NCBI GenBank assembly: GCA_039028615.1
Contig: JBCCHT010000027.1
Coordinates: forward strand, 128,001 to 192,000
Direction: 5' to 3'
From: Myxococcota bacterium
GTDB taxonomy: Bacteria > Myxococcota_A > Polyangia > Nannocystales > Nannocystaceae
DNA length: 64,000 bases
Under the pieces are notes generated by a model. That model did no database searches and had not been told where the DNA came from. It was given only the letters and a program-made list of their open reading frames with translations. Position 1 is the first letter of the stretch, and every line of letters starts with the position of its first letter. The position numbers were made by a program, and so were the translations under genes. This document shows, piece by piece, positions 1 to 11,940 of the stretch.

Positions 1-891
1 GTGCAGGCGGTTCTCGGCCTCGTCGAACACGACCGAGCGCGGCCCGTCCATGACCTCGGCGGTGACCTCGTCACCCCGGTGGGCGGGCAGGCAGTGCATG
101 AAGATCGCGTCCTTCTTGCCCGTGGCCGCCATCAGCTCCTCGGTGATGGTGTAGCCGTCGAGGGTCTTCATCAGCGCCTTGGCTTCCTCTTCCTCGCCCA
201 TGCTGACCCAGGTGTCGGTGTAGAGGATGTCGGCGCCCTTGACCGCCTCGCGCACGTCGGTGATGACGGCGCAGCGGGTGCCGGCCGACGCCGCATCGGC
301 GCGCGCCCGGTCCAGCACGGTCTTGTTGGGGCGCAGCGACTCGGGGCACGAGACCACCACGTCCATGCCGGAGCGCGGCCCACAGAGCATCAGCGAGTGC
401 GCGACGTTGTTGCCGGCGCCGATGTAGACGATCTTCTTGCCCTGGGTCGTGCCGAGGTGCTCGCGAATGGTGAGCAGATCGGCCAGCGCCTGGCAGGGGT
501 GATACAGGTCGGTCAGCGCGTTCACGACGGGGATCGAGCCGTGCTCGGCCAGGCCGTCGACTTGGTCCTGACCGAAGGTGCGGATGACGATTGCGTGCAG
601 GAATCGCGAGAGCACCTTGGCGGTGTCGGCCACCGTCTCGCCGCGTCCCATCTGCATGCCCGTGCCGCCCGAGGTGCTCAGCACGACCGGCTGGGCACCG
701 AGCTGGTGCAGGCCGACCTCGAACGAGATGCGCGTGCGCGTGGACTGCTTGGCGAAGATCATCGCCACGGACTTGCCCGCGAGCGCCGTGCTGTACTCGG
801 CCGGTTTGGCCTTGACCGCAGCCGCGAGGTCGACGACTCGGCTGGTCTCGGCGGGGGAAAGATCCAACAGGCTACGCAGGTGTCTCGTCAT
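1..891 (-). CDS. argF: Ornithine carbamoyltransferase (3' end outside window)
   Basis: Manual translation from ATG at 891: MTRHLRSLLDLSPAE...IFAKQSTRTRISFEVG...HPCQ...FDEAENRLH. These are OTCase motifs. Absent from the ORF track because the stop lies outside the window. Confidence 0.93.
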   Translation of the reverse strand, partial: MTRHLRSLLDLSPAETSRVVDLAAAVKAKPAEYSTALAGKSVAMIFAKQSTRTRISFEVGLHQLGAQPVVLSTSGGTGMQMGRGETVADTAKVLSRFLHAIVIRTFGQDQVDGLAEHGSIPVVNALTDLYHPCQALADLLTIREHLGTTQGKKIVYIGAGNNVAHSLMLCGPRSGMDVVVSCPESLRPNKTVLDRARADAASAGTRCAVITDVREAVKGADILYTDTWVSMGEEEEAKALMKTLDGYTITEELMAATGKKDAIFMHCLPAHRGDEVTAEVMDGPRSVVFDEAENRLH

Positions 892-1025
892 CGCGGACAA
901 CGATATGCCGAATTGGCGGACGAGTGCCGTGCTGGAATTGTGTCGGTAAACACACGTCTGTTCGGCGCTCGTTTCGACGCCGAACCACGGTGAAAACGAG
1001 CCCGCGACAGCGCGGGCACCTGGGC

Positions 1026-1910
1026 CTACACCGGCGTCTCGACGCCCGTTTCCACCGGGGCCGGGGCAGGCACGGGCCCGGGGCGAGGCGCCTGCGGAAG
1101 CGGGGCCACCGGGTCGGATTTCGGCTCGACCGGTCGGTCGTCTCCGGGTGCCGTTTTGGAGCCCGGCAGCGGCGGTGCATCGGCGACCGGAGCCTCGTCC
1201 GTGGCCTCGGAAGGAGCCGCCGGAGCGTCGTTCGGCGGGCTCGAATCGGGCGACCCGGTCGTGGTCGTTTCCGCGGCCGGTTCGATCCCGGGCAGCGGCG
1301 CCGGGGCTGTCGTCGTCCCCTCGGTCGGCGCGGCATCCGGGGTCTCGGGGGCGGCCGGGAGTCGGTCGGAGAGCGGGACCGGTGGCGGGGCGGCGGGCGT
1401 CGTTCGGGGCTTGGGCGCAGCCTGCTTCACGGGCTCGGCCGGGGTCGACGGGCGAGCCGACTCGGGGGCCACGGGCTGCTCGGCGGTCACGTCCGGGGCC
1501 GGCGGCGTGGGCTCGGCCGGACGCCGGGGTGCGCTCTTCGCCGCGACCGCGGCATGGGCCACGATCCCCTCGTCGGTCGCGCGCACCGCCCCCGGGGACG
1601 GCTCGGACTCGGCCGCAGCCGGGGTCGGGTCCTGCGCCTTCGCGTCGGACTCGGTGACGTCGGGCGCCTTGCTGGCCGCGGTCGGAGCGGGCGGCTCCGC
1701 GTCGCTGCTCGCTCGCACCGCCATGATCCCGCCCGACACGAGCAGCGAGCTGGTGACGATCGCCGCCACCAACAACCCGGGGCCACGCGTGGGTTCTTCG
1801 GAGGAGACCTGGGGGCGCTCGGACGCGAGGTCCAGCTCGTAGCCCAGCTCGGGCGCCTCGGACTCGAGCCGTCGCTCGTGCTCATGAAGGGATTCGGGCA
1901 GATCGGTCAC
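1026..1910 (-). CDS. Pro/Ala-rich membrane-anchored hypothetical protein
   Basis: Part of ORF 1026..2300; one TM segment followed by a low-complexity tail; GTG start uncertain. Confidence 0.55.
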   Translation of the reverse strand: MTDLPESLHEHERRLESEAPELGYELDLASERPQVSSEEPTRGPGLLVAAIVTSSLLVSGGIMAVRASSDAEPPAPTAASKAPDVTESDAKAQDPTPAAAESEPSPGAVRATDEGIVAHAAVAAKSAPRRPAEPTPPAPDVTAEQPVAPESARPSTPAEPVKQAAPKPRTTPAAPPPVPLSDRLPAAPETPDAAPTEGTTTAPAPLPGIEPAAETTTTGSPDSSPPNDAPAAPSEATDEAPVADAPPLPGSKTAPGDDRPVEPKSDPVAPLPQAPRPGPVPAPAPVETGVETPV

Positions 1911-2139
1911 GGGCGTTGCGCTCCTCGAGGCGAGACCGACGAAACGCGCGACCGCGGCTGCAATGTTCCCGGGAGCAAAACCAAGGGCAGACGACGCACG
2001 AAGGCCGGTTTTTCTGGTGTAGCCAATCACTCGCCGATCCCAAAGAAACTGGGATCTCGCCGCTGAACATTCGCCTGCGACCGCTCGCACGATCGCCCGG
2101 TGGCGCACTCGGCTCGGGTGCTTCATTCCAGGAGTCGGC

Positions 2140-3282
2140 ATGCACCCCCGCGTTCGAATCGTATTGCTCGCCGCATTCGCTGCGCTGTCGGTCGCGGTCC
2201 TGCCCTCGGCCTGGCACGCCCGCGATGCCGACCGCCTGTGGTCCGACGACGCGCAGCTGCAGGGCGCCCTGGCCCGGGGCATCGACCACAGGCGCCACAC
2301 CGAGCTTTCCCCCCAGGACTTCCTGACCGGTCACGCCCGCTTCGATGGCGAGTGGCTCTTCGGCACGTACATGATGGCCGGGCTCGGCTACGCGCAGACC
2401 ATGCCGGCCACGTCGCCCGAGCGAACGGAGCAGCTGGCGGCGATCGAGGACTGCATCGAGCACGTACTCTCGCCCGCCGCTCGCGGCTTCGACCGTGCCG
2501 CCTGGGGTTCGGACCCCATCGACGATTTGGGTTCCGACCGGGGTCACGCCGCCTATCTCGGCTACCTGAATCTCCTGCTGTCGGTGCATCGCCACCTCGA
2601 CCCCGACTCGCGTTACGCCGAGCTCAACGACCGCATCTCCGCCCACCTCGAGCAGCGCCTGGCCCAAAGCCCCATCGGCTTGGTGCAGACCTATCCCGGG
2701 GAGACCTATCCCGTCGACAACACCGCCATCTTCGGCGCACTGGCGATGCACCAGCGCGTCAGCGGAATCGACCACGGCGCCGCGCTGCGAACCGCGGCGC
2801 AGACCTTCGCTCGAACCCGGGACGAGCGCGGCCTGCTGATCCAAAAGGTCGACTCCGACAGTGGACACACCGTCGATGGTCCCCGTGGCTCGGGCACCGC
2901 CCTGGCCACCTACTTCACCTCGTTTTGGAGCGAGGAGCACTCGCGCTCGCTCTACGACGCCATGCACGAGAACCTGCGCCGCGAAGTGCTCGGCTTCGGG
3001 GCCATCCGCGAGTACCCGCCCGGCGTCGACGGCCGCGGCGACATCGACTCCGGCGCGGTGGTGTTCGGCGTGAGCGTCTCCGCCTCCGGCTTCGCGCTGG
3101 CGGGCGCCCGCATCCACCATGACCAAGAGACCTTCACCGATCTACTCGCCACAGCCACCCTCTTCGGCGCCCCCGTCGACCGCGACGGCCGTCGCAACTT
3201 CGCGCTCGGCGGGCCCCTGGGCGACGCCTTGATGTTCGCCCTGCTCACCGCTCACCCCTCCTCGCACTGGAGCGCCCGATGA
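2140..3282 (+). CDS. Exported protein, possible linalool dehydratase/isomerase-like alpha-barrel
   Basis: Signal peptide; motifs GEWLFGTY, YPGETYPVDN, REYP..GDIDSG; family recalled from memory. Confidence 0.5.
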   Translation: MHPRVRIVLLAAFAALSVAVLPSAWHARDADRLWSDDAQLQGALARGIDHRRHTELSPQDFLTGHARFDGEWLFGTYMMAGLGYAQTMPATSPERTEQLAAIEDCIEHVLSPAARGFDRAAWGSDPIDDLGSDRGHAAYLGYLNLLLSVHRHLDPDSRYAELNDRISAHLEQRLAQSPIGLVQTYPGETYPVDNTAIFGALAMHQRVSGIDHGAALRTAAQTFARTRDERGLLIQKVDSDSGHTVDGPRGSGTALATYFTSFWSEEHSRSLYDAMHENLRREVLGFGAIREYPPGVDGRGDIDSGAVVFGVSVSASGFALAGARIHHDQETFTDLLATATLFGAPVDRDGRRNFALGGPLGDALMFALLTAHPSSHWSAR

Positions 3283-3521
3283 CCCTTCGTCGCACGATGG
3301 CCCTCGCCACCGCCGGGCTGCTCGTCGCCTTCGGCCTGCACCACTGGGCGGCGGGGGCCCTCATCGATCACGGCATCGCCGGGGCCCTGCTCGCCGGGGG
3401 CGGCGGGCTCGGCTCCATCCTGCTCGCGGCGAGCTTCATGCTCCTGCGGGTCGTGGGCACGCTCGTGCTGGCGCTGCTGCCCGCCGCGATCCTGGCGATC
3501 CGCACCCGACGTGGGTCCTGA
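3279..3521 (+). CDS. Small membrane protein
   Basis: ATGA overlap with the upstream gene; hydrophobic, 80 aa. Confidence 0.65.
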   Translation: MTLRRTMALATAGLLVAFGLHHWAAGALIDHGIAGALLAGGGGLGSILLAASFMLLRVVGTLVLALLPAAILAIRTRRGS

Positions 3522-3527
3522 GCGCGA

Positions 3528-5132
3528 TCAGGGCACCCACTCGTAGGCGCCGATGTCCGGCGCTCCGCTGCGAGGCTCCCCCCGCTGGTCGGTCTGCGGC
3601 GCCCCTTCGGCCACCCCTGCGTCGATCGCCGGGCTCCCCTCGAGTAGGGGCAGCACTGGGGTCGGGCCGCCGTGGTCGTCGAACTCACCGAGCATCGGGT
3701 CCTGCCGGATCACGCTCTCGGCCACGGATGCGTCCGAGTTTTCGTCGATGACCAGGTCGGGATCGAGGAACTGCATGTTGCCGCCGCCGTCCTGCAGCGG
3801 CCGGTTGGTGTGGAAGTTGGCCCAGCCGCCCTCGCGGTTCGAGGTGTTGTCGACGAACAGCGAGTTCCGCAGCGAGACGGTCGCCGTCTGCGACGCCTGG
3901 ATGCCGCCGCCGTGGAAGCGCGCGTAGTTGTCGGCGAAAGTGTTGTGCACCACGCTCACCGGCCCCTGCGCGGCCGTGAACGCCCCGCCCATGCCCATGT
4001 CGCCCCGCACCCGATTGTTGAACCAGGTGACGTTCTCGAGCACGAGCGAGCCGCCGCCCGTCCAGTACCACATGCCTCCGCCCTGCAGGTACGTCTCGTT
4101 GTCGAAGAAGGCGGTGTTGGTGACCGAGGCCCGGTTCTCCGCCGGGTTGGCCGGGACGGCGTGGGCACTGTCGTCCATCAAGAAGACCGCGCCCCCCTGC
4201 CCTTCTTCGTTGCTGGTGCTGACGTTGCCCTCGAATAGCGACTGGTCGATGGTGACCGCGGTGCCCGTCTGATGGTGGGTGACCAGGTAGATCGCGCCAC
4301 CACCGTTACGGGCGACGTTGCCCTCGAAGCGCGTGCCACAGATGTTGAGGTAGGCCGTCTGCTGGTTCTGCGAGACGGCATCCAGCGAGATGGCGCCGCC
4401 GTGCCCCTCGAGCGCCCCGCCCCCGCCGGGGCCGTTGGTCTCGTTGTTCACGAACACCGAGTCGACGATCGAGAAGCTCGTGCCCAAGCCACCGATGGCG
4501 CCGCCGTTGCTGCCGACGTTGCGCACGAAGGTCGAGCCCGAGATCGTGACGTCGGGCATGTTGAAGCCATACAGGGCGCCGCCCCGGATGTCCCCCGGGC
4601 CCGTGGCCTTGGTGAGGTTGTCCTCGAAGTCCACGTCGATGACCGTCAGCGAGCCCTGCCCGGGCTGACCGTCGGCGGTGAAGCCATTGGCCATGATCGC
4701 GGCGCCCGAGCGGCGGCTGAAGTGCTCGTCGTCGGAGACCTGGTTGTTGCCGTTGCGCAGCGTGACGTCCTGGATGGTCACGTCGACCGGTCCCGTGACG
4801 AACAGGTGCGTCCGACCGCCGCCGTCGATGATGTTGCCGTCACCATCGATCACCGCGGGCACGTCGACGGCAAACGGCGCGGTGGCTTCGATGTCCTCGG
4901 TGAGCAAGATGGAGCCGCCCGCCAGCAGTGCCTCACGCAACTCGTCTTCGTTGCTCACCAACGTGACGTCGTCACCGAGATCGACCTGCGGGGTGCTCTC
5001 GCAGCTCGCCGCCAGCGGATCGAGGTCGCCGGGATCGACCGTGGCCCCGTCGTCGCCGCCTTCGCTGCCGTTGCAGCCGATCGAAAGCGGCAGCACCACG
5101 ACCGCGATGCCCATCAAGCCTGCGCGTCTCAT
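3528..5132 (-). CDS. Beta-helix (GGAI/Pmp-type repeat) lipoprotein with choice-of-anchor Q-like C-terminus
   Basis: Repeated GGAI/FxxN; C-terminal DQRGEPRSGAPDIGAYE; lipobox-like SIGC. Confidence 0.8.
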   Translation of the reverse strand: MRRAGLMGIAVVVLPLSIGCNGSEGGDDGATVDPGDLDPLAASCESTPQVDLGDDVTLVSNEDELREALLAGGSILLTEDIEATAPFAVDVPAVIDGDGNIIDGGGRTHLFVTGPVDVTIQDVTLRNGNNQVSDDEHFSRRSGAAIMANGFTADGQPGQGSLTVIDVDFEDNLTKATGPGDIRGGALYGFNMPDVTISGSTFVRNVGSNGGAIGGLGTSFSIVDSVFVNNETNGPGGGGALEGHGGAISLDAVSQNQQTAYLNICGTRFEGNVARNGGGAIYLVTHHQTGTAVTIDQSLFEGNVSTSNEEGQGGAVFLMDDSAHAVPANPAENRASVTNTAFFDNETYLQGGGMWYWTGGGSLVLENVTWFNNRVRGDMGMGGAFTAAQGPVSVVHNTFADNYARFHGGGIQASQTATVSLRNSLFVDNTSNREGGWANFHTNRPLQDGGGNMQFLDPDLVIDENSDASVAESVIRQDPMLGEFDDHGGPTPVLPLLEGSPAIDAGVAEGAPQTDQRGEPRSGAPDIGAYEWVP

Positions 5133-5182
5133 CGGCCCCAGCCTACCAAGCGAGCCCGCCCCGTGCGCGTCGCGAGACGGGT

Positions 5183-5764
5183 ATGGTTCCGCCCGTGCCC
5201 CGGCCCTCCCCGCAATTGCTCCAACGGTGGATGTGGGTGTGGCTCGTCGCCGCCGGCTGCGGTGACGACTCCGCTCCCCCGTCATCGTCGGGCAGCGAGT
5301 CGTCGACCGGGATCGTAGGCGAGCCCACCACGACTACGAGCACGACCGGCGGCACTGGCTCCGCGGACTCGACCTCGGGCTCGGGCGCGACTTCGTCGTC
5401 GGGGTCTTCGAGCACCGGGCTGTCGGACTCGAGCTCGAGCTCGAGCGACTCGAGCGGATCCGAGTCCGGCTCCAGCAGCGACAGCGGCACCATGCCCGTC
5501 ATGCCCTGCCCCGACGGATGCGCGGTGGAGTTCGCCTGCGGCGACGAGTGGCGTTCCACCGAGGCCTGCGTCGCCGACTGCGAGGCCAACCTCATCGAGG
5601 CCGAGCGCTTCAACATCGCCTGTCGGGCCGCGTGGGAGGACCTCCACGCCTGCCTCGGCACCCTGAGCTGCGAACAGTTCGAGCAGTGGCTCAACCCGAC
5701 CGGCATCCCCTATCCCTGTCTGTCCGAAGACGAAGTGCTCACCTTCGAGTGCGCCGGGCAGTAA
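5183..5764 (+). CDS. Ser/Thr-rich linker, Cys-rich lipoprotein
   Basis: AAGC lipobox, Ser/Thr linker, Cys-rich C-terminal domain. Confidence 0.65.
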   Translation: MVPPVPRPSPQLLQRWMWVWLVAAGCGDDSAPPSSSGSESSTGIVGEPTTTTSTTGGTGSADSTSGSGATSSSGSSSTGLSDSSSSSSDSSGSESGSSSDSGTMPVMPCPDGCAVEFACGDEWRSTEACVADCEANLIEAERFNIACRAAWEDLHACLGTLSCEQFEQWLNPTGIPYPCLSEDEVLTFECAGQ

Positions 5765-5771
5765 CGCGACG

Positions 5772-6701
5772 ATGGACGAGAGCCTCGGACAACTCGCAGG
5801 GCTGGGCACCGCCGCCTGCTGGGCGATGACCTCGCTGTTCTTCGCCGATGCGAGCACGCGCGTGGGCTCGCTGGTGGTCAACTTCGTGCGGCTCGTGCTC
5901 GCCCTGGCCATGCTGAGCCTGGTCACCAGCATCACCCGCGGCATGCCCTGGCCCACCGACGCCACCGGACACGCGTGGCTGTGGCTCAGCGTCTCCGGGC
6001 TGTTCGGCTTCACCCTCGGTGACCTGTGTCTGCTGCGGGCCCTGGTGGTCATCGGGCCGCGACTCGGGTCGCTGCTCATGTCCTTCGCCCCTCCCTTCAC
6101 CGCGCTCATCGGCTGGGCGATCCTCGGGGAGACCCTGCGCCTCGATCAGCTCCTGGGCATGACGCTGACCGTCGGCGGCGTGGGCTGGGCGCTGGCCGAT
6201 CGGCGGCGCGACGACGATGGCGATGGCGAGAAGAAGGACGAGTCCGCCCAAGCGCCGCTGGACCGCGGAGCGATGGTGCGCGGCGTGTTGCTCGGCATCG
6301 GAGCCGGGCTCGGGCAAGCCGCGGGCTTGGTGCTGTCCAAGTACGGCATGGGTGACTACGACGCGATGGCGGCCACCCAGATCCGCGTGGTCGCGGGCGG
6401 CCTCGGCTTCGCCGCGATCTTCACCGCGACGCGGTGGTGGCCGCGGGTTCGCTCGGCCTTGAGCAACCGTCGGGCCATGCGATCCACGACCATCGGTGCC
6501 GTCTTCGGCCCCTTCCTGGGCGTGTGGCTGTCGCTATTCGCGGTGCAGCACACCAACGCGGGCGTCGCCGCGAGCCTCATGGCCACGTCGCCGATCATCA
6601 TCATTCCCATGGTGGTACTCGTGCGGCGCGAAAAAGTGGGCTGGGGCGGCATCCTGGGCACGGTGCTGGCGGTGGCCGGAGTGGTCCTACTCGTGCGCTG
6701 A
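5772..6701 (+). CDS. DMT/EamA family transporter
   Basis: About 10 TM helices in two EamA-like halves. Confidence 0.88.
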   Translation: MDESLGQLAGLGTAACWAMTSLFFADASTRVGSLVVNFVRLVLALAMLSLVTSITRGMPWPTDATGHAWLWLSVSGLFGFTLGDLCLLRALVVIGPRLGSLLMSFAPPFTALIGWAILGETLRLDQLLGMTLTVGGVGWALADRRRDDDGDGEKKDESAQAPLDRGAMVRGVLLGIGAGLGQAAGLVLSKYGMGDYDAMAATQIRVVAGGLGFAAIFTATRWWPRVRSALSNRRAMRSTTIGAVFGPFLGVWLSLFAVQHTNAGVAASLMATSPIIIIPMVVLVRREKVGWGGILGTVLAVAGVVLLVR

Positions 6702-6902
6702 ACGCCTCTCAGAGCACTTTCGCGTCGCTTGCGCGGCCTCGTTCGAGACGGACGCAAAAAAGTATCTCGGACCTAGATCGTCGGGTGGATCGGGCCGTTG
6801 AGTACCGCATCCAACGACGACCGAGCCCGGGTCTCCCGCCTGTCGAGGCGGCGCTCACCCGACCGGCTGGCGGTCGTCGAATGCACCGAAGAGACCACCG
6901 CC

Positions 6903-8798
6903 ATGCGTCACTCCACGATCATCGCCCTGCTCCCCACCGCTTTGTGCCTGAGCCTTTCGATCGGCTGCGACTCCCCCGTGAACGCGCCCGAGGCTGAGGC
7001 CGAGTCGAAGGTCACGCCCCCCACCGCCTCCACCCCCGAGTCGGGAGCTGCGTCCGCGGCCGATGGCACGGCCGCCGTGAAGCCGATGCCGACCACGGTG
7101 TCCACTCCCATGCAGGAGGTGGCCGAGGAGGAAGCCGACGATCGCGAAGCGCCGGCCGAGGACATGATCGCGGCGGCCGAGCCCGAGCCGAAGAAGGAAA
7201 TGGCCCCCGTGCCCCAGGCCGCAGCCAAGCCCGGCGGGCCACCCAAGAGCATGCCCAGCCGTTCGCGGGGCATGAAAAAGAAGCGCCCCTCCGTCGCCAA
7301 CAAGGGCTCCATGGGCCCGATGGGTGGCATGGGCGCCTGGGCTCCTCCTCCCCCGCCCGCCCCGGAGATCTCGGCCGAGGCCTACGACCACATCGCCGAG
7401 AACGAGTTCACCGCCGTCTCCGACGACCCGCGCTCCACCTTCTCCATCGACGTCGACACCGCGTCGTATAGCAACATGCGGCGCTTCCTCAACGACGGCA
7501 CCATGCCCCCCGCCGACGCGGTCCGCATCGAGGAGCTGGTCAACTACTTCAGCTACGACTACCGCAGCCCGGCCGGCGGTGACCCCTTCTCGCTCACGGC
7601 CGAGACCGGCGCCTGCCCCTGGAACGAGACCCACCGCCTCGTGCACGTGGGCATCCAGGGCAAGATCATCGACCAGAGCGACGTGCCCGCCCGCAACCTG
7701 GTGTTCCTGTTCGACGTGTCGGGCTCGATGAACAGCGCCGACAAGCTGCCCCTGCTCAAGCGCGCCTTCTCGCTGCTCGCCGACAACCTCCGCCCCCAGG
7801 ACAAGGTCTCCATCGCCGTCTACGCCGGGGCTTCCGGGGTCGTGCTCGAGCCCACCTCCGACAAGGCCGAGATCCTCTCCGCCCTGTCGCGGCTCGAAGC
7901 GGGCGGCTCGACCAACGGCGGCGCGGGCATCCACGCCGCGTACTCGCTGGCCAGCAAGGCCTTCATCCAGGACGGCATCAACCGCGTCATCCTGGCCACC
8001 GACGGCGACTTCAACGTCGGCACCACCTCCGAGGGCGAGCTGGTGCGGCTCATCGAGAAGAAACGCCAGTCCGGCGTGTTCCTGTCGGTGCTCGGCTTCG
8101 GTAGCGGCAACCTCAAGGACTCCACCATGGAGAAGCTGGCCGACAAGGGCAACGGCAACTACGCCTACATCGACTCCATCAACGAGGCCCGCAAGGTGCT
8201 CGTCGAAGAGGCCGGCGCCACCCTGGTCACCATCGCCAAGGACGTGAAGATCCAGGTCGAGTTCAATCCCGCCGAGGTCTCGAGCTACCGTCTCGTCGGC
8301 TACGAGAACCGCAAGCTCGCCCATGCCGACTTCAACGACGACACCAAGGACGCGGGTGAGATCGGGGCCGGCCACAGCGTGACCGCCATCTACGAGGTCG
8401 TGCCCGCCGGTCGCGGCGCCTCGCCCAAGGTCGACGAGCTCAAGTACCAGGACGAAGGCACACTCTCCACGGCCGCAGGCAGCGGCGAGCTGATGACGGT
8501 CAAGGTCCGCTACAAGAAGCCCTCGGGCAACAAGAGCAAGCTGCTGTCCTTCCCCGTCACCGACTCGGACACGCGCGTGGCCGACACCAGCCGTGACTTC
8601 CGGTTCTCGGCCGCCGTCGCCGGCTTCGGCATGCTGCTCCGCGACTCCGAGCACAAGGGCGACGCCACCTTCGACATGGTGCGCGAGCTGGCCAGCGACG
8701 CCCTGGGCACCGACCCCCACGGCCGCCGCGCCGAGTTCGTCGGACTCATCGACAAGGCCAAGTCACTGTCCTCGGGCGGCAAGGTCGCGAAACGCTAA
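6903..8798 (+). CDS. vWA domain lipoprotein (YfbK-like)
   Basis: STFSIDVDTASY, DVSGSM MIDAS, TDGDFNVG, DFNDDTKDAGEIG. Confidence 0.9.
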   Translation: MRHSTIIALLPTALCLSLSIGCDSPVNAPEAEAESKVTPPTASTPESGAASAADGTAAVKPMPTTVSTPMQEVAEEEADDREAPAEDMIAAAEPEPKKEMAPVPQAAAKPGGPPKSMPSRSRGMKKKRPSVANKGSMGPMGGMGAWAPPPPPAPEISAEAYDHIAENEFTAVSDDPRSTFSIDVDTASYSNMRRFLNDGTMPPADAVRIEELVNYFSYDYRSPAGGDPFSLTAETGACPWNETHRLVHVGIQGKIIDQSDVPARNLVFLFDVSGSMNSADKLPLLKRAFSLLADNLRPQDKVSIAVYAGASGVVLEPTSDKAEILSALSRLEAGGSTNGGAGIHAAYSLASKAFIQDGINRVILATDGDFNVGTTSEGELVRLIEKKRQSGVFLSVLGFGSGNLKDSTMEKLADKGNGNYAYIDSINEARKVLVEEAGATLVTIAKDVKIQVEFNPAEVSSYRLVGYENRKLAHADFNDDTKDAGEIGAGHSVTAIYEVVPAGRGASPKVDELKYQDEGTLSTAAGSGELMTVKVRYKKPSGNKSKLLSFPVTDSDTRVADTSRDFRFSAAVAGFGMLLRDSEHKGDATFDMVRELASDALGTDPHGRRAEFVGLIDKAKSLSSGGKVAKR

Positions 8799-8829
8799 CG
8801 TCCGCCCCTCCTCCAACCCCGTCCCCCTC

Positions 8830-8874
8830 GCACCCGCATGGCTCTGCCCCGAGCCTTGCGGGTGCTTTTCGTTT
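8830..8874 (+). terminator. Rho-independent terminator
   Basis: GCACCCGCAtGGCTC / GAGCCtTGCGGGTGC hairpin followed by TTTTCGTTT, downstream of the vWA gene. Confidence 0.8.
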
Positions 8875-8980
8875 CGAGACGCGGTCGTGAAATCGCTCGA
8901 TAGCGTCATTCGGTTCCACTATGGGTCGGTCGTCGTTTGCTCATGGATCGCAACCGACGGCGTCCCTACCATCCCGCGCC

Positions 8981-9610
8981 ATGGCGATCCGACTAGGCGA
9001 TACCGCTCCCGATTTCACGGCCGAGACCACCGAAGGCACGCTCAGCTTCCACGAATATCTCGGTGATTCGTGGGGCATCTTGTTTTCGCATCCCAAGGAC
9101 TTCACCCCCGTGTGCACCACCGAGCTGGGCCAGGTCGCCAAGCTCAAGGCCGAGTTCGAGAAGCGCAACGTCAAGGTCATGGGCCTGAGCGTCGACCCCG
9201 TGTCCGACCACAACAAGTGGGCCGCCGACATCGAGGAGACGCAGGGCACCGCCCTCAACTACCCGCTCATCGGTGACCCCGATCGTGCCGTCGCCACCGC
9301 CTACGACATGATCCACCCCAACGCCGACAACACGCTCACCGTGCGCTCGGTGTTCATCATCGGCCCCGACAAGAAGGTGAAGCTGACCATCACCTACCCG
9401 GCCAGCACCGGTCGCAACTTCGACGAGATCCTCCGGGTCGTCGACTCGCTGCAGCTCACCGCCAACCACAGCGTGGCGACCCCGGTGAACTGGAAGCACG
9501 GCGAGGACGTCATCATCGCGCCGAGCGTCTCCAACGAGCAGGCGGCCGAGCGCTTCCCCGGCTACCAAACGATCAAGCCGTACCTGCGCGTGACGAAGCA
9601 GCCGGAATAA
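8981..9610 (+). CDS. 1-Cys peroxiredoxin (Prx6 family)
   Basis: HPKDFTPVCTTE; YPASTGRNFDEILR. Confidence 0.95.
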   Translation: MAIRLGDTAPDFTAETTEGTLSFHEYLGDSWGILFSHPKDFTPVCTTELGQVAKLKAEFEKRNVKVMGLSVDPVSDHNKWAADIEETQGTALNYPLIGDPDRAVATAYDMIHPNADNTLTVRSVFIIGPDKKVKLTITYPASTGRNFDEILRVVDSLQLTANHSVATPVNWKHGEDVIIAPSVSNEQAAERFPGYQTIKPYLRVTKQPE

Positions 9611-9770
9611 CCACACCCGGGCCAATCGGGGTCGGGTCGCGCGACGACCCGGCCCGCGGCCTCCAACCCCCAGCCCATTCGCGACTAATCTCTCGTCGCC
9701 CGACCGCTTTTGTCGCAGTCGCTGGCAGCGACCCCACGATCGCGGTAGTACCATTGTCCAAGCGCTCGTC

Positions 9771-10007
9771 ATGAGGAGCACCGCGGAAGTCGTAAAAATT
9801 CGTGAAGCGTTCGCGTGGATCGAAAACCAACGTGATTCGACCGATGCGCCGATGATGGCGCTGCGTTCGGTAACCCGCGACGGCAAGCCGGTCCTGCTCG
9901 ACGCGGCCGAGACTCGCCTGCTCGCGCAGCGCCTCGACAAGCTCGCCGACGTGCTCGAGAGCCTCTCCGAAGAGCAAAAAGGTCGCGTCCCGCCCGGCGA
10001 GGGCTGA
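9771..10007 (+). CDS. Small hypothetical protein
   Basis: 78 aa ORF with plausible codon usage in an intergenic gap. Confidence 0.5.
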   Translation: MRSTAEVVKIREAFAWIENQRDSTDAPMMALRSVTRDGKPVLLDAAETRLLAQRLDKLADVLESLSEEQKGRVPPGEG

Positions 10008-10109
10008 GCGCTCACGGCCCCGGCGGCCAGCCGAGACAGCGGTCTTTGCGCCAGGGACGACGGCAAGCTCGTGACACCCGAGCGGGCCGCGGCTACAGTC
10101 CCCGACGCC

Positions 10110-11432
<1,323 letters not shown>

Positions 11433-11439
11433 CGAGACC

Positions 11440-11844
11440 GTGCTGCGCTGCGATGCCCAGTCCCCCACCGGACCCGGGCAGCGCACGCGCCCACGCAGCG
11501 ACGAGACCGACGACGGCACAGGGCCCGATGCCCTGTGCTGTTCCAATTGTGGCGCCGTCGTCACTCGCGAGCGCGCGCGCATCGAGATCGCGGGCGACCA
11601 CGCCCACACCTTCGTGAACCCGGCCGGGCTCGTTTTCGAGATCGGGTGTTTCCGATCGGCGCCAGGGTGCGAGGGGGTGGGAGCGAGAGAAGCGTTCTTC
11701 TCGTGGTTCCCGGGGTACGCGTGGCGGATCGAGCTGTGCCGAGGCTGCGGGAGCCACTTGGGGTGGAGCTACGGCGACCGCCCCGACTTCTACGGGCTCG
11801 TGCTCACCCGGCTCGTCGCCGGTGATGGCGACCACGGCGACTAA
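11440..11844 (+). CDS. Cereblon-like (CULT domain) protein
   Basis: CxxC, HTFVNPAG, FSWFPGYAW, CxxCxxHLGW: Zn site plus tri-Trp pocket. Confidence 0.88.
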   Translation: MLRCDAQSPTGPGQRTRPRSDETDDGTGPDALCCSNCGAVVTRERARIEIAGDHAHTFVNPAGLVFEIGCFRSAPGCEGVGAREAFFSWFPGYAWRIELCRGCGSHLGWSYGDRPDFYGLVLTRLVAGDGDHGD

Positions 11845-11940
11845 CGTTTCGGTCGGGATCCTCACGGCTTTCGGCGCGCCCGTAGGCTCGTCCCGGGTTC
11901 GGTCGGGAGTATCGTTGTGGGCCCGTTTACGGCCGAATCC

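Noticed and set aside
1..993. 330-aa plus-strand ORF and many other long antisense ORFs (e.g. 6855..8720, 9573..11609, 47621..49705, 62165..63928)
   Set aside because: Shadow ORFs typical of high-GC DNA; the opposite strand carries recognisable protein motifs.
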